Shown: positions 51,861 through 64,000 of the stretch, in pieces
Position numbering within the stretch: the stretch's first letter is position 1
How the letters are laid out: each line of letters starts with the position of its first letter
Assembly: GCA_977030845.1 (NCBI GenBank)
Contig: OZ365113.1
Location: forward strand, 26,660,001-26,724,000
Direction: 5' to 3'
From: Fimbriosthenelais zetlandica
Lineage: Eukaryota
DNA: 64,000 nt
Notes under the pieces: model-generated
Seen by the model: the letters and a program-made list of their open reading frames with translations, nothing else
Database searches by the model: none
Told to the model about the DNA's origin: nothing
Made by a program: the position numbers and the translations under genes

Positions 51861-53202
51861 AGGCTTGTGCTTGGATGGAGTGTAGCGTGAGTGACTCAAT
51901 TTGCATTGGCACTGGCGTGTCAGATTATGTACCGGAAAATAGAGTTCAGATCCTCTGACATATCCTATGAGTCTTCTCCTCCTTCCTCCGCTGGACGCCA
52001 GCAATTGGTTTGATATAAAACTACACATCTCTTCCTAAGCCGGCCCTTGATGGTGGCTTGACATGGAAATCCAGACCGCAGGATGGAAAACGAGTTATGG
52101 CCAAGGACTAAGTGCCCCTATTTGATACATCCACTATGGTAATCGATCCTTACAAAAGGAGATCTAAACACTAATGTAAAAACACCAGGCAATAGAATTA
52201 CAAAACATTTTCATCAATCCCTTTCAAATATCTTGCCTGATAAAAAGGCAATGATTATTTGATGAAATAGAGGGGTACAATGTCTCCTGGTATACTGCAG
52301 AACATTTTTATATTGTTTGCTACACACGTCCTTCGAAGTCAGTAAAAACTATCCATTGTACTTTTATGATACACGATATAATAGAGAGAAAATTTTCAGT
52401 TTATCAATGTATCTATTTGTACAGTGCAAGTAACAATATGTTTACTGTATTAAAAATGCATGAAGAGTATGGCACAAACACTCATAAATCAATATAATGC
52501 TCATCAATAAGGCACCAAAAGTGAAGTCCACGGACCAAACATCTGCACCATTTTCCGAGCCACGGATATTTGTTAACATGTTGTTAGAATCCATCAAACA
52601 CCTGTTTAAATAAAGGTGCACGGATGAGTCAGGAAAAAGCACCCAGTTGCCTACATGTCTGAGGCCAGCACTGTACCTGCCCCGCCACATGACCATGAGC
52701 AGCTCAATATGCTGCTCATATGCTTGATATGGCATTGTAAAAAGTTAAAGTTTAATGTGGGCATAAATCTATATGATATCCATTTCTGTCAGTCATTTTT
52801 TTGAAAAAGGTAAGGAGTTTAAACATACAATGAACATATTATGTGCTGGGTGGAATCTTCAATGTTGAAGCTTTTAGGTTAACGTGGTTAAATTTTGAGC
52901 ATGTTTAAACCATGTTTCGAGTATTAGCTCTTAACTATAGATGTATGCGGCACAGATATAATGACCAGTTTTCATTGTAATTTCACACCATTCTGACATA
53001 TGGATGGACTCCGCAGAATCTGTGGAGACAATTTTTTTTGTATCTACACTTTCATAAATGGAGCAGCTGTTTGTGGGTGTGATCTTGAGAAGAAGATTGG
53101 CTGTAAGGTGTTCTGAATGTTTATATCTGTGCTGGGTGAAGCACATGTATTCTATTGTAACTAGGACATGTAGGCTGCTTCTCCACACCTGGCAACACTC
53201 AC

Positions 53203-53300
53203 CCTCCATTTACTTCCCACACTCATCTGGCCGCGTCGCGACATCCTGTCATATTCTCCACACTTCCGGTGGTGCCTTGAGAGGAAAAAAAAGCGCAGGT
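53203..53300 (-). CDS. Candidate first exon (5' UTR plus ATG GAG G) of the Neto-like gene
   Basis: TAA ATG GAG G|gtgagt (ATG at 53209-53207, GT at 53202-53201) gives phase 1 and the leader MEDVRILLMLMMAFTGCLG. About 10 CpGs lie in 53230-53380, with an ETS-like CCGGAAGT and an AT-rich TTTAAATA at 53335-53328. The 5' boundary is a guess and alternative start exons exist. Confidence 0.35.
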
Positions 53301-53400
53301 GGCCAGGCTAGGGAAACGGTAAATTATTATTTAAACAGCAGGGGCGAGAGGTCACGAAGAAGGACACGTTTCATAATGCTATGTATGTCTTAAATAAGCT

Positions 53401-53535
53401 GCTTGACCATATATTCATTTGCAGGTATATCTGCTATAGGATGAGGTGCTTGACCATATATATATTCATTTGCAGGTATATCTGCTATAGAATGAGGTGC
53501 TTGACCATATATCATTTGCAGGTATATCCTCTATA
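53401..53535. repeat. 47-51-bp tandem repeat, about 2.8 copies
   Basis: gcttgaccatatattcatttgcaggtatatctgctataggatgaggt at 53401-53447; second copy 53448-53498 with a longer TA run; partial third copy from 53499. Confidence 0.95.
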
Positions 53536-56279
53536 CAGGTAGTACAGTTAATATTCAACAGGGTGTGCATTTAGAACAATTGCATCCAAGCCAACAACCA
53601 CATGTGACATTTGCAGTACATTAAAATTCGTATTTTTGTCATTTCGTTGCTGGTGGGGGAGGGGGTATCTGAGATGCATCTCCTATCCGAGTTAAAATGA
53701 TACAGATCTTTCATCAGGTAAAGGTCATTGAAAGACAATGATTATAACGACAATCTAAGTGTAAGGACTGCATACAAACTGAAAGAGTCATCCGCCTAAT
53801 TTCCAAGCCAGTAATAGTATCAAATGGCTCATTTACCTATTACAGGTCTATCTCTTCACATACTATCCCACCTACAAATATACTAATCCAATGCTAAGCT
53901 CAAGTTCAATCTATCCATAGCTTTAAGCATATATTCACTCACTCGCGTCCCATCAGCGATTTTCTTTACGTTCACATGTACATTTTAATTTACCTTTAAA
54001 CATTCACATTTTTGAATACTACATTTTCTTGACTGGACAAATACAAATATATGCCAGCCTTTTACGCCAACAGAAAATACTTGTTCGTATAACATGGTCA
54101 GGCAGGGAAGGGGTGATTTTTAGGAAGATACGTTGACAACACCCATCAGCTATTCACTTTAATCCCGGAGAAAATAAATACCTCGCTGTGCATGGTCAGA
54201 CACCGACCTTTGTGGACACAAATCACTGGGTGAAAGCTAGACGGCCATCTAGCTGGTGACCGAGGGTCACTGTAGTTCCACGTGCGAGGGGCATTTGAAC
54301 TGGAGCACAGGCTTCAGCAATGAAATATGAAGAAGTTTAAAAGGGTAACAACACCAGTGCAAGTGGAGACTCCACAGTATGTTTCAAGTACCAGTCACCT
54401 TGCACTCTGCAGACTGATAATGCTGGAATCTATTTTCCCATCTCAAGCCTTCACTGGATTTGTTCATGGTTATAATATATGTTAATTTATTCACTTATTC
54501 ATATATATACTGTATTTCATTTGTTCCTCCATGTCTCTGTTTTAGCCACTCATATCCATCCACTTTCCCCTTTCAGCATCTCGCAATAAACACTTAACAA
54601 TTTCATTAATTTTGTAATGATGCCTTAAAAATGAAATTTTAATGGAAAATTCACTTCATTTTAACAAGCTACATTTTGGAGAGACTAGACCAATTTAAAG
54701 ATGAAAGCAAAACAGTTGATACTGATCGTGACAAAAAATATTTTCATAATTGCCTGAATTTAAAAACAATTGTGTGCCGCTGGAGCTCCTTTAACGCAAG
54801 TCCAAATTACATTTAGTAAATGAGGGCTTTGAACGTTCAGGGACAATTTACTGGCGATACATTTTCCTAATACTTTGTAGGGGACATGTTTACTACTGGG
54901 AGAAATAGCTGCAGGGTATAGGGAGCACTAGATCTCCTTAAAGACCGTTTTACATAATACAGTGTGTTCCATGTCAGCATTGAAAAGAGTATGTTCCAAA
55001 GGGAATATTGCAGGGTTGATATGCTCATAATCTATATCATATCTGTGCCATAGGTGTAAAAAAACAGTATGGCGATATACATACTGGGAAATGGATCAGA
55101 AATTGCAGGAGGAACGGGGTAATTAGCCTTTCAAATAATATATGAAACATAAATGGGTACAGGCAAAGAAGCTTATGGCACATCAAAGCCCTGGGTCTGC
55201 ACCTACAACACTTCAGCGCAAACTGCCCCACCCTCCAGCTCATACCGGCAGTAATATGTAGATCATATGATCCAGATTTCACTGGCCTGATTTGCACTCT
55301 TGCTCGAGGAATGTGTATTATTTGTTGAGCTTGGCAAGCGAGGAGGAGAAAGCCATTCTTATCAGGGCAAAGCTGATGAAGCATCTGACAATATATACCA
55401 CTCACATTTGTGCTGGAATAGAGTATAAATAATCGGGCAACAGGTCAATATATTGTGTGCGGCTGCCCGGAGAGGAAGAAAAATATCCATGACCTCTTTT
55501 CCTGAAGGCAAACTCCTGCATGTCCTATACAAAATGGAGAAGCATAATATATATAGCGTATCCAGAACTAATTCTTCTTAGATGCTTCCGTGAGCCGAGC
55601 TTTTATTATTGAAAGTTTAATACAATTTGATTTATACCCACGTTAAAGCTAGAGCTAAAACGCTGAATGGGCTATACACACTTGACCTTCTGTTGTGTCA
55701 GCCCTTTATTAAAGTGCCCTGCAGGCTGCTTTAGATTGAACAGATAATATAAGCTATAAGCCGGAAGAATAAGAGGCATCTAATGAGGCCCTCTGACATG
55801 ATAGGGTTAATCGATTCTGTGAGGAGAGAGGTGAAGGTGACAATATCACTCTCTAATCCCTCTAGATTCAGGCCTATAGAGCTCAGTCTATGATTAGAGA
55901 TCAATAAATCGATATCTTTCTAGAGACAACAGACAGTGGTTTGTGGAGCAATTGCCATTATCATAGAAAGAACGCAGATTTCCTCTGTTTGTGGTGGGTG
56001 TATTATTCTCAGGGGTAGCATTCTGATTAGTTTACTATTATTAGGTCCACTCATTGCCTGATGATGAACCGATGGCATGTAGCGAGGTGAATTAAAGGTA
56101 CCAATAAGGGTTTCTTTTGTCCCTCGTACAAAAGGTTTTCTATTCATCCATATCTTGCTTACACCCATTTTAGAATTTATGAACAGATTCATTACAAAAT
56201 CCACGCTGGAGGTAATAAATCTTGAGGTTGTTTTAGGGACATCATTCCATCACAAGATTTTAAGATTTCTGTGTAACTT

Positions 56280-56600
56280 ACAAAAAGAAAATCGACTATT
56301 GCCATGGGAATATATCGAACACCACTGATTCCACCTGTGCCCGACCCATGCACTATCGATAAAATGTGTCCAGGACTTGTGGTATGAGGTCACTTTGTAA
56401 AATAGCCATGGGCAATAAAACACAATTCTAAATGGGCTGGTGACGTTTAATATGGATAGAGATCCACGATAGAGCGGAGCCAGGGTGAAGGCAAGGGACA
56501 ACTCACGCTTCAAGTTGAACACTTGCATCTGAAAACCCTGTTGGCTGAAACAAATTTGTCTGCTCTTTTCAAGGTTCATGGCAAGGAATTAGGGGTTTGT
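56280..56600 (+). mobile_element. Possible decayed LINE RT N-terminal fragment
   Basis: LLPWEYI...IPPVPDP...TNLSALFKVH weakly parallels LP..WK.A...IPK.KDP...DLSAAFDTVW. Confidence 0.25.
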
Positions 56601-59600
56601 TTCAAAAGGAGTATTACCAATGCTTAACTTTTCTACGGCTAATATTCGTTTTGAAACAGGCAATTGCAGAAATGCTGGTAGCATTTTATAACAGGATTGG
56701 ACGTTCAATGAGCATATAGCCATTAGGTCCTCAGTGTAAACCCCTAGGGAATGAAATGAACAATATTTCATACATATTGGTCATTGTTTGATAGTGCATC
56801 AGCATCAATCCATCATGACCATGCAAGGCCACCTAATTGTTTTCCATTCAGATCATAATTATCATTCGTGATGGATAATCGTGATTTATCAATGTATCCA
56901 TCTTACACAAAGGTCTTATTTATATGCCGAGATATTTTTTCCAATAAAAAGGTGCATGCAATTAACCGACACCTATATGATATATATGAAACCTGGTTTG
57001 GATGTCAAAGGAACGGATGACCCTTTTCTAATATTCATTTTGTAAATATACAGAGTTAAATAATATTATGATGACCATCCAAGGTTGGATCACATTCATG
57101 TACATCACAAATTAATCTGCAATATTAGAACATGAATATGAAAGCACACACATTTATATCGGTATAGTGGTTGCATTCATTGATTAAAATTATGCCTGCA
57201 ATAACCATTTCTATAGTATACAGCTAAAATATCATAGCCAGCTGGCAGGGCTGATATCTTTCCTACATTTTTAATGCCTAGGCTTTTATGACGTCTCTCT
57301 GGTGGGACTTGGTGGCAAATATCAGAGAATGTTGAATGTACTGTATGAAAGGGATGTCTTATTTTCTCCAACTTTCCCCAAACGCTACAGCAACATGAGC
57401 TTCCCTCTCAGGCGGTGCTCTTAAGCCTAAACTATATAAAGTCCACAGCTTACCTAAAAAGGCTATAGAGACATTAAACTGGGAAAGGGGGTTTTATCGA
57501 CCCGTAGGGATGACACCTCTAGCCATGTTTCACTATCCCCCCTCTAACAAAACCTTTCCACCTCCTAAAGTTCCTTTTTCACTTTCCTTTACGCTGCCGC
57601 AATGTTAGAATTTACATACGAGCTCGATTAGTACTAAAGTTTAGACTTCCTATATTGCATTGCTCTTGATTAAAGAAGTCTCCCTTCCTCTCAGAAGTAA
57701 ATTTTTATCTTTAATTAAGTAACAAACGCAGGAGTCTGCAATAGTGAAACACGTATACATACTGTACTGCCCAGTGTGTACTGTGTTCTGATATATCTCA
57801 CATTTCATCAATATAATTCAAGTATATTATATAACGGTTAATTCTTGGGAAATTGCTACAATTTGTCAAAGAACCTAGCCTTATTATAAATGACTATGTT
57901 CAAATATTGAGCCATGAATTACAGAGCGTTGCATGGCTCGGAATACCATTTCCATTAGAATAAATAAATTGAACTCAGATATGAATCAGCAGAGAAAGGT
58001 CTGGGCGAAGGAGAATCGTCTTAGAATGTGTTCCTCGTTGGCCATGGCCGGGAATGGTCCATACATCATGGCAGACTAATTCTCCACGGTTGTATCTCTC
58101 CTTAATTCTAGCGGCTGGAGGTATCATTATCTCTCAAACCATATTTCCCCATTTCAATTGATCGTCTTGAAAAATGTCTTCCATTGAGCATGGCCTTTCA
58201 TCTTCCTTAAATTCATCAATTTCTCCAAGAAGAATTTCATTTTACACAAATGCTCGATATGGATAAATGAGACAGTGTAGTGAAAAATGCTTATTACAAA
58301 GATATCCAAAAAGCTCATTTCTTGTTTTGTGAATGAATGATTGGTAGGAAACAAAATGGTAGGACAATGTGCAGTATGGGTTGGGCCTTGTTCCAACAAT
58401 CATTGCAATCACTCAACAGGCTTGATTCAATCTTTAGTGAGCTACCTATGGGTTTTAAGGGAGATATATTGACTGGGAAGGCTATTATTCTGGATAATGC
58501 AGCACAATCTGCAGAATGGGTTGGAGCTTCATTTCTTTGAGTGATCACTAAAAATGAGCGAGCCAATCTTTACCATCACAATAGTCACAATGTATAGCAG
58601 ATTTTAGTCCATATTTAGACTGTAAATCGTAATGCAGAAAATTATAGCACGGAGATAATAATAGATTTCACAATTATAAATGCATGGAATTGATCAATTA
58701 TAGACTACAGACTATAATATACCCCCTGCCATGATCTGCACATCAGAAAGGTATAGGAAACAAGAAATGGTCAATTTCCCATGAACATGTGTAACTTTGA
58801 ATAATAATGCGAACGCCCACTATCATTATAAGTGCTCACAATTTGTAGGAAGGGCTGGCAAAAGACCTCATAGGATTTCTCCAACAACCGACTGGCGATG
58901 AAAAAGGTAGAAAAGTGAGAGGCTGGGTGAAAAGACTGAGACAATAATCACTGACATTGATTGCTCCGTCTGTTTTATGGGGAGGATGACATTAAAACAA
59001 GACGGTGAAAATCAATACCCAAATACTGCCAGCAACATGGGAGGGGGAGAGAATGGGGGGCTTTCCGTCACGGAAAAGTCCATATCCCTTTTGTAATATC
59101 TCCACTTCACTCTCATAATAGCCAATAAAGTGCCAGGTGAGGCCAGTGCCTCTATTACAACCAGCCACTTTCACAGCTCTCCCTCCATAAAGACTTAATA
59201 GAATGAACAGACAAAAGCCTTTCGATTTACTGTCGTAGGTTTTGTTATTGTTTGCCAGGTTTCTGTTACAATGAACATGCAATATTGGTGGTGAATTTAG
59301 TCAATACAAAGTTTGTATTTGTATGTATAGAGACGAAGTGAAAAGAGCTATACATTCATTTTCTATATGTATATTAAGCGCGAAAATGTGGTCTTCCTGA
59401 CATGATTATGCATTTGGATACATAATATAATTGAAAAAGGTAATGGCGAAATGCAGGAAAATACCTGAATTACCAATAATATTCAGATTATCTATCCTGG
59501 CTGCATCTGACACCCATTTTGCATTTTGAGTCTTGAGTATTATGGAGCCCGTTTCAAAACAGTAATTAGCAAAGTAAAGTCTATAGGAAATGTTTGCGCA

Positions 59601-62600
59601 GAAACGGACCCCGAAACTATTTATGGTAAAAAAATTGAAACAAAATAACTACAAAAGAAATGCCTGACAGCAGCACGACCCCAGCCTACATAAATACACA
59701 ATACTGCGCGACAAAACCTTTCACCCCCATCACCCTCTCTGTTCTGATCAGAGCCTCATCAACCTCATAATAATTTAACGAGATCGTTAGTTTTGCTAGG
59801 AATCTCGTTATGGAAAAACACAACTTCGCTGGTGAAACTGCTGCGAGGTGACAAGTGACTTCTGAAAGTACGAAAGGCGGGACATGTTCGCTGATCATCT
59901 AGATAGGAAATGAAAATGACAAAAGGGACAGGAATATATCGAGTTATGTTCATCTCGCCTCTACCATTACCAAATACGTATTCATTCTCGCCAGGGAAAA
60001 ATAGATTGATGTGACTGCATATTAATAATGGAGGAAAACTCAAGAAACACTTGCATGGAAATCTCCTATATAGCATTATTATGGAAACGCATTTCAATAA
60101 ATGAATGGACTTATACAAAGGGACGACATGAAAAAACGACTCATGATTGATTTAGAATATATTTTAACGTCAGGGTGGCATGAAATGTTCTATTCAAATG
60201 GCTTGAATTATGCATGAAGTTTGGCTTCTGATAGTTTTATTCTATAATACGTATACATCCGTTGATGATTAATGATTCCGCATTTTCAATTGAGATTCGT
60301 ATAGGCTAAGCAGAACACTTTACCGTATACAATAGTCCCCTAAATATTTAATAAAATATATTATTGAAACCAAGCTGAGAGATAACATTGAAAAGTGAGC
60401 CATATAGAAATTCTGTAAGCAGTTTACAAGTACATAAAGAATTATATAGATTTACAATTTGTTCCTACAATAGAAATAGTATAATGTTGGCCAGCATGTT
60501 TTTTTAATTTTTTACCAATGTGAAAAATCTGTTGATTTATTAAATCTCAGTATGGCATTATTTATTTAGAAACATCTGGAACAAATAGATATATTATAAA
60601 CAATGTGTACCAGATCGACCTAAATCCACTACAACAATGTATCAATGAAAAATTGCTGTGGCTTTTTCCCATGATCAACTTAGGCCCAATCTTCCAGCGT
60701 GATCCTGCAATAACCACAGAATGTTTGCTGTAATTAGTGAGCAATGGATCTCTGCTTTGATCAGCAGATTAGGCTGCACGGCTTGTTCTATTAATAGGCG
60801 AACACAATCAAGAAAAGAATCTCTCGTTTTTCATTTAATTATTACCCCCCTCAAACTGCCCCCATGGACGTGACAGGGAATACAGCAGGCAGGGCTGCTA
60901 CCACTATAAGCTTTGTATTCCCCCACGAAACAACAGTCAGGAGAATTTACACGAGGTTTCCATCTACACGGTCTAGATGGAGGGTGTGTGATCTTTCACA
61001 AAAATCAGAGTGAGATACCAAACATATTATCCAGTTATGTGTCTTGAGAAAAATGGGTATTTTTTTCTCATCAGCACATCATCCAGAACTTGAATGTGAC
61101 AAGAGTTGCTATGGCAAATTGAATCAGCAAATCGTATTGCTCTAATACAATTAAACAGAAGATAGTCATATTCGCCATTTAAAAAGGATTTCATAGACAT
61201 CTCCATTCAATGTGACTCCATGAAATTGAACTCCTCCAATGAAAAAAACATTAAACTGATGTCTTCGTTCGTTGCAATCCTATGAATTTTTGATGAGATT
61301 AAATGTAAAAAAGACCGAGTCGAACGTAAACTTTAAGCAGAAAAAGAAAGAAACAACTAAATCTTTAGAAATCTGAGAAACAATATAATGTATTGTTGCT
61401 TCCACAATCTCATATACTCGTATATCCAGGACTGGAGACCCAAACAACTTCCTGTCAAGAGGGTAGGCAAGCAGTCGGCAGAATTTACTAATCATCCGTG
61501 AAGAAAGTCATATCCCTCACCACCCCTCTCCCGGGAGTTATTATTTGTGGCAGCCATAAATCATGTGGAGAAGGTGAGATTGGAGTAAGTGTTATCATAA
61601 TCCCGGGATCAATGCCGACATTATTGGCCGTCTTGCAGAACACACCCAGAAAGAAATTGTTCAGACCAAACATGTAAGGCTCGAATTACAGCCCCAGAGA
61701 AAATAAAGTGTGTCCTAAAAACGAAACAACTCTCAAAGAAATGTCTCTCGGAATAGATCAGGATTATTAATTCAATTTCCTGTTATTTGGATATAGCAAA
61801 AAAGGCCTGTAACATCCCCATCTTGATTTCCATGAAAATAAAAGTTTAAAGTATTTTCATTAAAATTTCACTGTCATGACCAAGATGCCAAATGTGCCAG
61901 AATCATGAAATGGCATTTTGAGAATTAACAAAAGACCCATGCAATATTGCCACAAAGAAGAGTTTTTCCCAAAAGAGGTCAAGTTTAACAGCCCTTATAA
62001 GGACGAGAAAGAGATGTTTTTTTTCTCCATTGCCTGTTAAACTGTAAAGTAGGGCAATCAAAGATGTTGATTTTTAAAAACTGCATCTCGTATTAAGTAA
62101 TCGACCATAGAGACCTTTCACCAAGTGACAATACAGACAGACACTATGTGTATGAGCTCTGACGCACGGGGAGCCAGTCTTTCTCTAAATAGTGCCTTCT
62201 TCTTAAGAAAAGTCAAATTATTGAGTGGATTCCTCTTGAACGTTGGCCCTCTTTGTCCTTCACCTCTGTTATTTTCCCCAGACTCCTTTCTCCCAGAGCC
62301 TGAAGCTAAAAATGGCAAACTGGTGATCATTATAGCCTCCAAGGGCTTAGGGACACTAAGGCATGTCTTTCGCTTTCGCCTGGCATTTCTCTGACCCAAA
62401 TATAAGTCAAATAGCTTAAATGCATCAGTGGTCATCGGACAAATACCAGGGGTTAGCGAGACTCAATTTTTTTTAAAAGAAAACTTGTGTATCATATAAG
62501 AAAATGTGATTCTGTCTTGTTACAGCGTTTCGTCTTAATATGAACAGGGCTTAACGATGGTGTCAGAGCAGCCAGAAAAGCTTAAAATGGATCTAAATCT

Positions 62601-63875
62601 ACCCTACAATTATAACGACTGTTTGACGTCCAAATTGACCTAAAATGAGTTTAAGTCGTTTATTGATTTCCCAAAGAAAATAGTCAGCTAGCTGCCCTTC
62701 TACAATGATTATAGAAGGCGCTGAAGCCAAAACAGGAGCTAGCCTAAGAGACTCTGAGACTATTCTAAGACGATTAGCACTTAAAGTCTACACACAGAGG
62801 GGTCAAGCTTTCAAAATGTTAAAAACTGTATGTCATGACTATATGTCACTTGCTTTTCCAAGGACAACCATGTTCAATAAACGTGTATGGAAACACTTTT
62901 TGTTTACTTTTGTGCCTTGATGTTTATTTTATTATTTAATGTCTTTATGAGAGAAAAACTCGAGCAACCATGATCCTCTTCAGAGTAATTATATCCACTG
63001 GTCCATTATTAGCAACACATCAATTCCTCCTATCACCCAGACACACTCTAAACAGGATCAGATTCTATCCAGACCTCAGTCAAGTTGAAAGCCCCATGCA
63101 GCAAAGTTTATATCTTTGAGAAGGAAAATTAATAGGGAAAACACATGAGCTCAAGAAGTGTAGATCAAACTTGTTTGGGAAGGTGTCATGTACAGATTAT
63201 GTAGCGAGAATGTAAAGATTAATGGAGATTAATGTTTATACAGCCTACATGGGATGTTTTACCTTCAAATACTTCAAAAAGTTAATGGAGAGTATCAAAC
63301 GGGGAAAGACTATGATGTGGATAACGCCCCCGGAATGTTTTTATTAAAAGATTTTATGATGTGTTATCACAGGAAATGATGGGAAATGACACTGTTCAAA
63401 TCCCCCCTATGCCCCTCATATCTCTCCCAAAACAAAATGAAGCCATGGCAGATAGCAAATGATCAATGGCGCCAATCAAACATTTCCGACCAACCTGTGA
63501 TTGGCATCGGGGCAAAAAGCTAATGAATCAAAGCCTTTTTTTGCTTCTTTTTCATCCCCGGACTTTTTCAACTCTTCAATGGAAGGGGGTGAGACAGTTC
63601 ATGATAGGGGCAGTAACGGGGGGTTACGGTAAGGGAGTGATTCAGTAAAAACATCTGTCAAAGTCTTCGCTTTGCACGACATGCCGTGTTCCTCCTATGA
63701 GACCACTGCTTGTTTTGTCTGTGCTGTTTTTACAGGAAAACCTCCGAATCCGATTCCGGGGTCTGTTTAAGTCCAAGTCCTTCCCTCTCCCAATACAAAA
63801 CCTCCAATTTCCCATCCGAGAAGAAGGGGTGGAAAATATTCATGCTTCTCAATGGCAGAAATCATAACATGTGGA

Positions 63876-64000
63876 GTGAAGAAAAGGGAATTGGTGAAAT
63901 AAGGAATGTTTTGGGGTCGGATAAGTGAAGAAATGAAAGAGGTAAACCAGAGAATGATTCTTGAGGGTCTGACGAGTGAAGAAAAGGGTATCGGTGAACT
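63876..64000 (+). repeat. Coding-like repeat of about 50-bp period, truncated by the window edge
   Basis: agtgaagaaa recurs at about 63876, 63926 and 63976. The first and third units share gagtgaagaaaaggg-at-ggtgaa (SEEKGIGE). Confidence 0.55.

Noticed and set aside
57440-57480. Minus-strand cctttttag|gtaagc resembling a recursive (ratchet) splice site
   Set aside because: It lies upstream of the best first-exon candidate, has a competing AG about 10 nt upstream, and sits in an LTR-like segment. Relevant only if the gene starts beyond the window.
58337-58540. KAIILDNAA resembling a Tc1/IS630/pogo DDE motif
   Set aside because: No second catalytic motif and no TIRs.
61488-61673. NVGIDPGIMITLT looks like the RuvC-I motif of TnpB/Fanzor
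   Set aside because: It sits in a 61-aa ORF with no following K/R-rich helix, no RuvC-II Glu, no zinc finger and no RuvC-III Asp in any nearby frame. A five-residue match is expected by chance.
334-63928. Remaining 60-140-aa ORFs in the supplied track as genes
   Set aside because: Lengths and random strand distribution fit chance ORFs or TE debris. They show no recognisable domains or paired splice signals.

Overview
Eukaryotic (invertebrate animal) genomic DNA, AT-rich and CpG-poor by eye. I found no operons, rRNA, tRNA or CRISPR arrays. The window is essentially the 5' end of one very large minus-strand gene. A 165-nt phase 1-1 exon (1752-1916) encodes the start of a CUB domain with Neto (neuropilin and tolloid-like) spacing. 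A 48-nt phase 1-1 exon 28 kb upstream (29980-30027), missed by the ORF track, encodes the hydrophobic core and cleavage region of a signal peptide and splices in frame onto the CUB exon. The best of several candidate start-codon exons lies a further 23 kb upstream (about 53203-53300) in a CpG-enriched patch next to a 3-copy tandem repeat. The introns are a graveyard of very old, frameshifted transposon fragments: LINE EN/RT, Ty3/gypsy protease and integrase, and probable MULE, Penelope and YqaJ-exonuclease remnants. They also hold one young MITE, several minisatellites (one built from palindromic CACWGTG heptamers), CpG/palindrome-rich promoter-like patches and a 190-aa orphan ORF. TE calls rest on degenerate motifs recognised by eye and carry low to moderate confidence. 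I see no firm evidence of a new multi-gene system; the best-supported result is the reconstructed split leader of the Neto-like gene.
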